From Auanema rhodensis (lineage: Eukaryota > Animalia > Nematoda), in NCBI GenBank assembly GCA_964057225.1, contig OZ059894.1, forward strand, positions 8,060,001-8,124,000: a DNA stretch of 64,000 bases, written 5' to 3'. Shown piece after piece: positions 25,551-39,027 of the stretch (position 1 is its first letter; the number at the start of each line of letters is the position of its first letter). A model generated the notes under the pieces. That model saw only the letters and a program-made list of their open reading frames with translations. It did no database searches and was not told the origin of the DNA. Position numbers and translations under genes: made by a program.

Positions 25551-28500
25551 TGCCTTCAGCTTCTCATTTGCTAAGATTGCACTGTTTGGAATTGAAGGGA
25601 ATGCCCTCAACGGTAGACCGGTTCAGTCTCGTGGATTCGCTACCTCTTCTACTCTCACTCTTTCTTTATCTTTCTTTTCTCCGTTTTCTTTGTTTTCTTC
25701 ACCGATTCTTAACTGTATTCTTCTATTTCTCATTTCCTCTCTCTCTCCTCAATATATTTCTGAATTTCTCTTCACTTTCTGCTTCACAACTATAGGCTTG
25801 ATATACGGAGTATATGAGATAGAAAAGTTTTCTTTTTCTTTCTTACTTCTCCTATATTCACGTAGTTCAAATGAGCAAAGAGGAATAGTAAATTGAGAGA
25901 ATTCGATTTGAAAATATCGGAGAGAGAAGCGAGTTGAGCGGAAAAAGAACCTGGTTGAGCGTTGAAAAGACTCGATAGTTAGGAAAGTCATCGAAAAACC
26001 GAGAGGAAACCGTTCTTTTCATGCTGCCCTGTACGGAGTATTGTAAGTTAGTTCAGCAAACTTTCTCTCACCTACCAAACTACTTTCAAATTAACTATTA
26101 TCTCTAACTATGTCTCAATCTCCTATTCAATCGGCGAAATCTCTCTTTACTCTGATTTAGGAGAGAGCTTGAAATCCCATTCCTTTCGTTCTTTCATCTT
26201 CTCTCATATTTCATTTGTCTCAGATCAAATATGAAACTGTCTGTTTCATGTTCTTACCGTTGAGTTCTTGTTTCCAATCAAAACCTCTTGCATCCATAAC
26301 TTCGCATTTCAATTCGTTTTGCTTATTTATGTGAATCAAGACCCTTTAACAGTTCATAGAACCGTATTTGTTATAAACAAATCGTTGATCGTCGAGCAGA
26401 ATTCTGTTCTGTCTACACCCAGACAGGTTGCAGAGACACCCATTGTCGACATCATTGATTTTCTGTGTTCGACCATCATCAGATGGACTTCACATTAACG
26501 GTCAGCTGAGAGCGCAATCGTTCCATGAAGCTGCAACTGCAAAGTTTAATTGTCTTCCTATATTATCATTTGTTTTATAAATTTTTTGTGTCTAAGGTAA
26601 TGAAGTTGATGATATGTTTTATGGTTAACAGCCTTATCAACCGAACATCAAGCTATTTTCATTATAAATTGTTGCTGTTTATTCACTAATTATTCTAAGA
26701 CTTATTATAATATGTTGTTTCTCTTACCTTGTAATACGTTAATTGAATTCAAGTTTTTAAGCTACTTATGAGGTTGCGATGTGTGATGATTCATTACAAT
26801 GTTCCATCTTTCTCTACTTTTCCCGACCTTTAATTTTAAAACTCACATAAGCAATATGCAATTTTTTTTTCTATTTTGTCATAAAATATGTAAAATTTTA
26901 CACTTTTCATCTGATCATAAACAAAATATTTGATGTATTTCCAAATATTGAGTATTACTTACAGTTTATAGTTTTGATTCTCCTTCTCTGCAAATCGTTC
27001 AGATATTCTGAAACTTTTTGACCACAAGTATTGGTATTCTTCTACTGCTCTCATTTTCCATCTTCTACAACTGTTACTCGTGTTTGCTTGTTGAGCAAGA
27101 TGTTGAAATAAAGTGCATTTCGTGAACTTTTCCCACAATTTTCAGCCAAAAAATTATTGGAAAAAGACATCTCAAGTTGATCTCATAAAGTTGTTAATGA
27201 AGTAGATAAAAGTTTTATTGCATAAATCGATTTAGTAATGTCAATACGTTTGTCATAAGTGCTCTCTGAACGGTAGTTACAGAATTATTTGTTCTCTTTC
27301 AATCAAAACTTTTCAAAACTTTCCACACCCTCACAATTCCTTTCCTTATTTCCATATTGAGATCAGGATTCTTGATATTTCTGCAGAATATAGGTACACA
27401 TAGTGGTACGCAAATAAATTGTGTACATGTGAATGTCTGTATAAGATTTCACACAGAATTCCTAGTTCCTTCTCGACCTCTTCTCACATCTCTTACAATG
27501 TCATTGTTTTCCTGCCGTCCGTCTGGCTTTTCTGTTAATTTTCGAACATCTTTCTTCGTATTTATCAAATATTTTTGTTCTTTTCGTTCTCTTTTCAACT
27601 TTTGCAATATTGAAAATAACCTATTTTACCCATAGAAATAGTGAAATCATTCCGTATACTCCAATGATTCCATCTTACTCATTCGCTTTTGTACCGACGG
27701 CTAACACGCCTCCTCACATGAAATTTCGTTTTTTATGTTATTTCATCTCATGTCCTGCCTCTTACTCTTGTCAAATTGAAATTCATCTAATGATCTAATT
27801 GATAACAATATTTTTTCGAGATTGAATATCACTCAGCAGAAGAAAATCAAGCCATCTAAGATTGTGCCGATTCGCCAATTCTTCATTGAATTGCCTACTG
27901 TTTACTTAAGTTTGGCTTAACACTTATCGCCGCCATATGTATTGATTTTCCGGATTTTTTTGTCTTTTCCGCATTATGAATGCTTTTTCCACTTGCAAAT
28001 ACCTTATTCTGCACCATGACACTTTTAAAAGATTTTTATCAAATTGAAGTATCTCGTCAAGCAATCTCCGTTCATTCATCCACCTTTCATCCATACGCAA
28101 CGACCTCTCTTTTTCTTTTTCTCTCTCAACTATTTCCTTAATTTCGTTCTATCTCTGCTTTTCAATGCTGCTATAGTTTTCATATTTAATGTTGCCGTAT
28201 TTGACGTTGAACTATCTCCAGCAGTTGTGAACTAGAACGGCAGATCGACACGTCGTTTCTTTGGGTTGTTAATATTCTTGTTCAACATTTCTTTTTAATA
28301 AAATATGTTTTCACTTCTAATCTATTAGAGCTTTCTCTCCTTTCTTCTTGTTTATTCTAATCCAATATACATATATGAAGTTGTATGTATGTACTTGATA
28401 TGAAGTAACGTCCTGCAATTTTCCTATTCAGTTAATCGTTCATACATCTAGGTACTAGATGTTTGTTAATTCTTTGAAATTCAAAGCAATATTTCCAATT

Positions 28501-29622
28501 ATCAACGTGTCCTCGCCCGATTTATAACATAACTTTGATGCTTTGAACCCAATTACGGTAGCTGAACGTTGAAACGAACTGGAGGATTATCGTCCTCTCT
28601 CTCGCTGTGCATCTCGTTTTGTGAATATCACGCATCCTCTTTACCTAGATATCTTCCTTACTCTTCTGATTTCCGTTTATACTCTAATTCTCTCATATTT
28701 ATATAATCCTTTCGTTTATCTTTCTCACCGATTTCCTGTCCATTTTCATCTTGTTCATTTTTCTGCCAGTTTATTGTCTTCTATATAAAATAATCCACCT
28801 GAACAATGCTCTCAACCTATCTGATCGATTCGCGTAAGGCTATAACAGTTTGGAATTGATTTCAAAAAAAAAAAATATTACCTAGAACAGTCGGCAATCA
28901 AATTCCATTGTGATGCGTTCGAAATCTGCTGATTTGCAGTCAGTTACTTCTGAAAAAAAGACATACTTGCTATACTTTTTCAATAAACTTGAACTTTCAC
29001 TTACTTATTTCATGATAAAAAGTGAAAAATTCGAAAATTAAAAAATTATCTAGATGAATTGCGTTAGCTATAATGGAACTAAATTATTCTTACTTCTGTC
29101 TGGTGATGAAAAAAAACGAATTTGTTTGAAGTTCTAGGCATGTGACGTAGCCCTTTTATAGTTAGTTTGTTATTTGGCTTGCCCATTTAGAATTATCGCT
29201 AAGTGATTCGCCCAACTAATTTTTCTAATTTTTCGTTGCCTGACCCAGTCATCCCTCTCTTCTGTGTCTTGTCTCCTTCCTCCATTTTCATCCTGTCTGT
29301 TTGGAGTCTCATCAAATGACATCATAACGATAACAATCAAACCATTATATTCTTCAGCATAACTCAGCTTTCAATTCATAATCATACCATAAATGTGTCT
29401 TTCTATTCATTTTCTATGCCACTTATGATGATTAAATTAGATTTTTTCTGAGAAGTTCCTCCTTCTTTCTTATCTGTTGATATTTCTTTTTCTCGAAAAA
29501 AAAACTTTTCTTCGTTTCTTGTAAACTTTTCTTTGTTCTCTCTCTACGAAATACAATTTAATTATTTTTCAGAAACAAATTACAAGTATTATTCTATGTA
29601 AGGTTAGCATACCAAAGAACCC

Positions 29623-32600
29623 ATGAGACATTCCATTTATATTTTTCTCATCAACTTATTTCTCTTACTAAATAATTCATATTGCCAATCATTGGTACCT
29701 GCTCAGATCTGCTTATTACGATGCACAGCTGGATGTCTTCAGAATCCACAGGTATATCTCTTTCATCTTTCTATCATATATGACACAAACAACTTCAGAA
29801 TTCTAATTCACCAGTAGATTGTCAATCATCATGTTCTAAATACAATAACGCCACCTTATGTGTAAGACTTTAATAAACTTTATGAGTTTGTTATATCAAA
29901 TATATGTTTAGGATACTCCATCATGTTGGGCTTCCTGTAATGATTTGGGACCTCAAATACCTATTAATGCCACACAACAAACCTTTCAACTTACCGGGCG
30001 AAAGGTATAAATATTTGAATAGATGTTGTTTTAAATGGAATGTCTTAGATAAGCTGGAAAGCATCACCGGGAAACCCGTTGTATATCATTCTCTTCAAAA
30101 ATGCTAGCTCACCCAAATATAATCCAAACGATATTTTGGTAAATTCAAAAAAAAAATCTTTATTTCATTTTTTAAAAATATTTAGCTTGTAACAAATAAT
30201 ACATTAGGTATCTTTGATTTTCCTGGAATGACACCGTGTGATTCTATTGATATAAGGTATTTTTAATCTATTTTTTCATTATTTTAACTCAAATTTAAAT
30301 AGTTTGGCTTCTGTATATGCTGAGGGTATTACAAACTTCACCACAACCAAAACGATTGAACCTCCAAAACCTATGGTTTCTCCGAAACTATCATTGGAAC
30401 AGATGGTTTATGAGGTATAACCATCTTTAGTTTTCTCATCTATGAAGTAATTTTATAGAATAAAGAATACGTCAATGATTTCTATAGAGCTAATGGTACT
30501 ATTCGTGTTATATTCAAATATACTCCGGAAGGTAAACTATTTATTTGATTTTATTCTTTTAACTATATATACATATATATTCAATTATTCAACTAATTCA
30601 TTCAATATGCTTACATATTTCTTATTTTATTTTATTTTTTTACAAACAAAAATGAAAATTAGTTGCAAGTTAATCTGATTATTGATTACGTCAGTTGTTT
30701 TCATTTTAAATTTTCACGTGAACTACGTGAAAATCATTTGATGAGTCAAATTTTTTTATTATTTGTCTAATAGAAGAACATTAAACGGTCGCATTTAACA
30801 GAAAGCTTAAAACAAGAGGATCAATGGTTAGAAAATTGTAAAAAAAAAATTTTTTTTTATTCTTTACTTATACTTTCTACTTTTAATCTGTTTATTCATG
30901 CTCTTGTCGTAATAGTTTTTGAATATCATAAAGAGTATTTAGATTATAATAATATGTAGATTATAAAAAAAAAGTTTATATTTATTTTAAAAATACATAT
31001 AGTTTATGTTATTGCACATATAGTTTATGGTTTTGTTGTTTTTTGAAATTTTTATTTCTAATTTAACAGATAATTGCTCAAGTTGATTGAAGCTATTTTT
31101 TTGAAAACATTTCAAACTTTGAAACTGAATGATTTAAGCAAGATTAAATTCTAATAATTGAACTTTCTGTTTTGTTTTTTTGATGACGTAATAGAACACT
31201 TTTTCTTTATTTTCAATGTTCATAAATTAATTCTTTATGAATCATAGAAGATTATAATTATTTTATTTTCAGACTGGCCATTAGGAAGTAATGATCTCGT
31301 TGTTGAGCCAATGTTTCACCTCATTAACTGTGTTGAGCCGGATCTCAGTCAAGGAATGCCCATGCCTGAATTTGTAAGCTTCTTCTTAATATTTTATTGA
31401 AAATTCAACAAAACGATGTTCATATGTTGATTTGATGTTGTGCAGAATTCTGCCAAACATCACAATTACTTTTATCTATGTTCTCTTTTCCTTTTTTTTT
31501 CAAAAAGAAAACAATTTAGAATCCAGGCCCAAACAACACGCTAATCGGCTTTGTTGGATCGGATATGATGTACCGAACGTGCCGATTTCTGTATTATGCA
31601 CAAGGTGTTACAAGTACTCAATGTGATACAACATCCTATATTCATTCCCCATCAGCTGAAGCAATGCAAACGTTGGAAATAAGTACGTATTAAGCCTTTT
31701 TCACTTGTTATTTCCATTATTTTCAACAATTCGGTAGATCTATGTATATTTCGCAAAATATATATTTCTCAACTAACTTGATAGTTTAGTATTACAAGTT
31801 CAACGGATTTCAGATTGCGATACCGTTGAAAAGGCTCCATGTGTTCGTGTAGAGAGATATCAAGCTCCAATATGTGGTCAAATTGAGGACATTCTGTACT
31901 CGGTAACAATATTATTTATAAACTTGTAGTTATTGTTAATCGGATTCTAGCCAATAGAGGAGAATGTGTCATCAAAAAGTTCAAATTTAACATTGAATGT
32001 CACATTTACACCATCCATCAGAGATAATGAAGAGCCAACAATATATGTTGTCGCCTTCTATGGAAATGCCACAGAGTATACAACCAAAGAAGAGGTTAGA
32101 TTCTATCGAATTTCTTGAGATATTTGATATTTTTATTCTTTAGGAAACATTCCTTGGTGTTAATATCACTAACCTATTAGGAAATGTTAGTAATTGTCTT
32201 GAATTTACTAAAGAAGGCTTCTGTGCTGTAAGTTGAAATTTGAAAAAATATTTTAGAGCTATAATCAAAAATATTTTCTTTCCAGCATGAACCGAACAAT
32301 TCTGTGATATTAAGCCAAATTGAAATGGATCATCTGTATGGAGTTACGTTTTGTGCTGTGAAAGATCCAAGGAACTTAACTTTCCCAAAACTCTTGGTGG
32401 ACTCAAAAGCTTTTCGAACAAAAGCAAACAAAATTTTGGTTAATTCTAAAGGTAGATTACAACTTTCTCTCTGTTCAAAATCTTTGATTTCTCTTAATTT
32501 TTGTGATTTTTTCAATAGAAAAATTGTATTTCATTTAAAAAAAAAGAATTAATTCTTTTGTTTATTTATAGATTATGAAAAAAATTATACTGGCGCTATT

Positions 32601-34566
32601 ATTGGTGGAGTTATTGGTGGAATGAGTTTGGTCATTATTTCCATCCTAGCATGCTGGTACTGTTTCCATAAAAAAATGAAACGAAAGAATAGAAAGCTTG
32701 GGCTGGAGAATTCTCAACTCAAAATGGAACGAGGAAATGAATACACAGATTTTCCTACTCCGTATGTCGATTCAATAATTTTTCTGTTTGTTCTGACCTC
32801 TGTGTATCGTTTCAGTGAAGAACATGATGATTGGGAAATCGACAGAGCTTTACTGATTACGGATGAAGATTGTAAGCTTGGATCAGGTGCATTTGGATCA
32901 GTATTTGCTGGTTTGTTTTACAAAGGAGATATACAAACATGTTTACATTCAGGACGACTATTGGGAGTTCCACGTGGATACAAACATGCTTCATCTCTTG
33001 TTAGAATATTAGAAACAGATACACAAGATGTGAGTAAAAGCTATATTAACTATATGTTATAAATTATTTTAAAAAATCAATATTTGATTTTAAAATTTTG
33101 AATAATTTTATGATTTAGGTTGCTGTCAAAAGACTTCCAGAATATTCTGATGAGAAATCGAGAGATGACTTCTTGAGAGAAATTGCCTTAATGAAGCGAT
33201 TAGGATATCATGAAAGGTATGTTACCTGTACAATGATCTTCTAACTGTGTTTAAACAATTAGAATATTTATCTTTTACCACCAAAAATAATAATTTTAAC
33301 TTAATTTGCTTCAGATTAGCAAACATAGTAGCCTGTGTTGTTTTATCTGAGCCACTATGTTTGGTTATGGAATACTGTAGCGACGGTGATTTACTCCATT
33401 TCTTATCTGATCGATGTAAATATATGATGGATGTATGTTTACAAATAATAATTATTTTATATAAAATTTGTTTTCTTATAGTTGGATGAGAAAGGAATTA
33501 ACTATCAAGATCCACCAATTGATCTTAGTTATGATCCAACAATGATTATAACTATGAAGCAATTGCTTATGTATTCTGTTCAAATTAGTTATGGATTGGT
33601 ATGAATTATACAGAAATTCTTGTATTGAACAATGTATTTTAGGAATATTTATCACAAAAAGGGTTTGTGCATCGTGATGTAGCCGCCAGAAATATTTTGG
33701 TTCACGATAAGAAATTGTGCAAAATTGGAGATTTTGGATTATGTCGTTACATGAATTCTGAGAACCCTCACTACAAATGCAAAGTAAGTTGTAAGTTATG
33801 AAGTATTCTTCAACTTCGAACCTTCTAGGGTGGTCGTCTGCCATTGAAATGGATGTCACCAGAAGCTATTCGGCATTATGAATTTTCAACAAAGAGTGAT
33901 GTGTATGTTACTTGAAAAGGACAAAAGTTTAAAAATTGAAAAAATATTTCAGTTGGTCATTCGGTATTTTACTTTTTGAAATAATAACACTTGGTGGAGC
34001 ACCTTACCCAGGAATGAAAATGGATGAGTTATTAAGCTTTTTAGAAGAAGGAGGTCGTATACCTCAACCCGATAATTGTCCGGAAGAATTGTAAGTTAAC
34101 TATAACTTATGTATACAAACTATATTCTATTATTTATATAATTTTAATACTATATTTACTTTATTTAGTTATTCTGTTATGAAGGAATGCTGGATTGCGG
34201 AGGCGGAAAAACGACCAGATTTCGGACAATTACGAAAACGATTAGCAAAGCAATTAGAAGATGTAACAGAAGAATATAGTTATTTACGATTAGATGCTCA
34301 AAAGGATTATTACAATGTACAAAGTAGTGATAGTGTAAGTATTTCGTTTTCATATCCATTCATTAATTATATTTTCTTGATTATAGCCTGATATTATACT
34401 CATTCCCGAAGAAATACCTGAAAAGATGGCTTTATCAACAACTTCAACTACTGAAACTGAAGCAATCGATGATTTGGAACAATATAAGAATACAAATCGA
34501 TTAGAAAAAGATTTGACTATAAATGATTTAATGCCTGAAGGCACAGAAAAAATTGAATTACGGTAA
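29623..34566 (+). CDS. Receptor tyrosine kinase (nematode FGFR/RET-like, KIN-16/F09A5.2-type) with Cys-rich ectodomain
   Basis: Signal peptide [21 protein letters not shown]; Cys-rich N-terminus ([19 protein letters not shown]); [26 protein letters not shown]; kinase motifs [59 protein letters not shown]. Confidence 0.93.
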
Positions 34567-35722
34567 TTTTTGTAGCAATACTCAAATATTTTCAATGCAA
34601 AACGGGCGAAAACTTGCTGGCAATTGTTTCTTTTCTTTTGTTGTTTGTTTGTTTTTATTTTTCTTTTTCAAAGTTTTTTTTTTAAATTGTTTCTAATAAT
34701 CTGAAACAAAAATAAGAAAAATCAACAATTATTCATCTTCCATATTATACATTGTTATATGTATATAAATGCATAATTAACGAAAAGTTGAGTAATCCTG
34801 AAACGATATGTTCAAATCTTCCTGTAAATATATTTTTTTAATTTTAGTTTTATACTTCTTTTTTCTTTTTTTTTACACATTTTTCATTCTCACATACCTT
34901 TTTTTTTGTTCATGACATTCAACTATTCAACAATCTTTTCCGTTCAGAGTATTGCTCAATTTTTATTTTTTTTTTGTAAAAAAAAATTTCCTTAAATGCC
35001 TTAGAAAATAAAATTTTCATAAATAAATGAATATCTTTATGTCATTTTGCTTTTAAAATCTACATTGTTGTCCAATTATCTTGCAATAATACATAGGGTC
35101 TCATTTACTATATTATATATATTATTCAATATAATTAAAATAGATTTTCATATATTATTTGTAGATACTGTAATCATTTATATAACTATTTATAGAAAGT
35201 TTTCATATTTTTTACTTCTTTTTGTCGTCGTCAATTTCAATTTCATCTTGTTATATTTAGAATTATTCTGACTTCATTTCATGAATAAATCTATTATATT
35301 TTCATTTTTGTTTGTTGTAAAATAAATTACAAAAATGAAATAACTTTATTTACAAACAATTGGAGACATCATTTCGAGCTTGAAAGATCATAGATGTATG
35401 GAAATCAGTAATAGTATAAGATTATGTATAGTAGATAGTTCAGATGAGATGAGTAGATTAAACTTTTTAAAAGAAAATCATATTTTATGTTTATTTTGTT
35501 TTTTTTTCTTTCACATTTTTAATCGCTTTACCTATTTTGGCTATGAATCTTATTTGCCAGTTTACATATTCAATTTGGTTTAAGCGAGAAATACGGAACT
35601 ATAACATACATGAGGAACTGATTTTTCTCTATGAGAGATGCGAAATTGATTTCAAAAAAGCGAAAAGATCAGAAAAAAGTTTTAGGATTTGATAGATTAT
35701 TGAAAATATTAGAATTTTCTTT

Positions 35723-37193
35723 CTAATTATGTTGGAATGCATAACAGAAAACATCATTGACGGATGTCTGACAGTATACTTCACTACGAGCCACATAAGA
35801 GAAATCTTCGCGAGAGCAGAACACGGAGAATAAGCCTAAAAAAAAGGTTCAAATACTATATTGCATCATGATTGTGTAAAGTATTTTAGTATTAAGATTA
35901 TAATTGTTTTACATAATCATAAATCAAACATCACCAACCTCCCATATCATCTTCAGCTTTTTTCTGAATTAGTCGCTTTGATAATGCCGCTGTTTGTGTT
36001 GTGGACTAAACGAATTTATCAAAACACTTACAGTATTTTGTCATTTAGAACTTACTTTCTCCATGATTCGCCGTAAAGCATCGCTAGAACATTTAGCATC
36101 TTTCTTGAGTAGCTCACTCTTATCAGAAGAAGGATTGATTGATTTTCCATCTTGAATTTTCGTTCCATGGACCTAAATGGGAAGAATGAAAACCTGTTAC
36201 TCTCTTTCCTGTATTTTCTTCAAAAGTACAGTAATACCTTCAAACGACATGGTGCCCCACATCGACCACAGCAATCGTTAATTGGACGATAATAAGTTCC
36301 TAATGGATTTGGAGCTGGGGTCACATAGAGAGGCTCTTAACAGCAACTTTAATTAAAACATTAATGTTGTGATACTTACGAAGTGGTGGAAGAGTTGGGA
36401 ATGTGAATGGCTGAGGTGGTGGTGGTGGTGGAGGAGGAGCAATGTACGAGATAGGAGTAACATATCCACGTGGCATGTAAGGAGTTGGGCGAAGATATTG
36501 AGGTGGAAGAATAGGACATCCTGAGAAAGTTTAAATACAAGTCATAACATCAGATCAGTCACGATTTAGAAAAATATATTCGAAAGTTCTAACCTGATGG
36601 AATAAGTGGATGAGGTCTGTAAGGCATTGGTCGTGGAAGATATGGTTCAGGAATATATTTCTCACGGATATATGTAGTTTGATTAGCTGGAGGCTGAAAT
36701 GAAAGATAGCGGTTGGATTCTGAATTGTTGAATACCGTAACAATAGGAACTGGAGTATTTACTTCTAATTCATCTACCTTTGGCTCATATCGTTCGTAAA
36801 CCTGGAAAAATGAATAACAAAACACATTACACAAGATCTTACGTTGGCTTTGTTATCAACTGAAGCTGGAGTAGTCGTGAGATCAGCATCAACGTTGGCG
36901 AGTAAAGCTGGTGCTGGTGGTGGCTGAGCATATCCTCCTGGAGTTAATATACAAATTATTTATGCATTCACAATGTTTTATCTACCTGTGTAATAGTAAG
37001 ATGGTTGTGGCTGGGGAAGAGGATTTTGTTGTGGATACGCTGCTCTATAAGGTTGTAACGGTTGAGGTTGTAAAGGTTGAGGCTGAGGCTGAGATATAGG
37101 ATATGGTCTAAATCCGTTGCACATAGGCATTCCACAGCCAGGGCTCTGACCTAACGCCAATGGTATTAGAAGCATGAAGATGATTGAGATCAT
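35723..37193 (-). CDS. Hedgehog-related ground-like domain protein (grl family), Pro/Gln-rich
   Basis: Signal peptide, PQ/PY-rich region, NDCCGRCGAPC, and a C-terminal ground-like domain: KCSSDALRRIM...SKRLIQ...FSVFCSREDFSYVARSEVYCQTSVNDVFCYAF. Confidence 0.92.
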
Positions 37194-37401
37194 TGTAGCT
37201 TGAACTTAGAAACTGAAAAGTTGTTATTGAAGTCAGGAAAGAGTGAAAAGAATAGCAAGACGGTGATCTACAATGCTCATGAATAAAATATGAAATGAAG
37301 TTTAGAATGTAGAGAGGAGGAGTTAGATGATGTAAAGTTCTGACTAGACGACTTAACGATATGGCAGGAAATCCGGAGTTTGAACCATTTCTAGTTTTGT
37401 T

Positions 37402-37411
37402 GTTATATAAG
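37402..37411 (-). promoter_or_regulatory. Putative TATA box of the grl gene
   Basis: CTTATATAAC on the minus strand ~210 nt upstream of the ATG, next to a GC-rich promoter-like stretch. Confidence 0.4.
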
Positions 37412-39027
37412 GTAGTGAAAACTTAAAGCCTTGACTCCTCCTCTTACCGCTCTTCCGCGCATATTTGCAGCCCGAGGCTATTCCGGTCTTGCCAAATCCT
37501 TTAAAGGGCGGATTTGAGGAAGGTTTGAAACGACGATGAGAGGGTAATTAGCTAGCGCCGACCACCTAGATTGTCTGTGAAGGCAAGAAAAACGTGAAAT
37601 GCCATAAGGTACTGAATTTGTTTCTTTTAGGAATAAAGTCCAGATCTCACATATTCTCTCACTCTATTTCTCCATTTTCTCTATGTAGCTTTAGACTTTA
37701 GATAGACACTGTCACCTTGAAAGTTCACACGTTACAACATTGGAAGATGTGAGTGATACTTCACATGATTTATGTTTTTTCCTCAAAAAGAAAGTCAAAT
37801 CGTCGTTGTTCGAGTAATTTCTGTGCGAACATGTGAAACAAAAGTCTTTTTGTTTTGTTTTTTTTAATTTGAGGAACAAGAATATATGAACATGAAAGAA
37901 AGAATAGTAATATCTGAAAGTTTTGTGAAAGTGCCGGAAAACTAATAATAGCAAGACATAAAAAAAAATTTCATATAGTATTCAGATAGCAGAAACGGAA
38001 ACAGCACAGGACATCCTAGTACCATCTTCGCAGACGTCAATGAGCTCTATGATGTAATTCCAAAGCTTTACAACCTTCAAACGGGTGGATTAGCTACTTC
38101 AGTCCATACAGTAGCTATTCCGTTTTGAAAAGAGCCGTATGCCAACTGGTCTCAAATCTTCCCCCCCCCACTCTCTCTCTCTCTTATCCTCTTAAGCTAT
38201 CATACTCTTTTCCTGTTTCTATTCGACTGGGCAGCTAGCTTTACTTTGGCTTGTCTAATCGCTGCGTTTAGGATTGTCTAGATTTCAGGTTGACAACGAG
38301 CTTTACGCTAGTCTAAGCTTCTTACGGTCCATGCCTTTTGTCGTCTGAAGGACATGAAGATGATGACGATTACATGAGCGCATTTGTCATAGCATGAAAG
38401 TTACATGTATATACATCAAAACGAAAAGTCAGAGAAGAAACTTGAAGTAATTTTTATAAAAATTAATAATTTAAAATAACAAAATAATAATTTTCTAGAT
38501 ATATTACAAAACCAGAAAGTTGAAAAGTTTGATGAAATAGGTCAATTTGATAATATTTTGAGTTAAATTCTTCAAGTATTGAATCAGATCATTGAGCAAT
38601 GTTCTCAAATCATCTCGTATACTTATCATTTATGAAATAATTGTGAGAGATTTCAATGGAGAAGTGAATACAATGTCCATTTGTCGCTTATCTTCAGACT
38701 ACTTATTGGAGTACTATCTCCGCTAACATAACATGTCATCATTGTTCAAATTTGAATAAGCCTTTTTGAACTTTCACCATGTTCATCATGACTGCTGGAA
38801 TTTTGTTATAAATTCTCAGAATCTTTATCATTCATTGTCATTTTGATGGACATTGTGGTCGTTTATTCAGCAGTTTTTTTTCTTTTAGCCTATCTATATG
38901 TGAAAACATGTCTTCATGTTTATAATAATTTCATATTCATTGACTATATATATATTATATATACTTAACTATTCTGAATTATATTAACTATACAGTTCTG
39001 TAACTTGTAGTAATTGTCCGAATATTC

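Noticed and set aside
14821-25991. ORFs with SLSLSL/ERERER runs (e.g. 14821-15210, 21013-21354, 25392-25610)
   Set aside because: Translation artefacts of (CT/GA)n microsatellites; no domain or splice structure.
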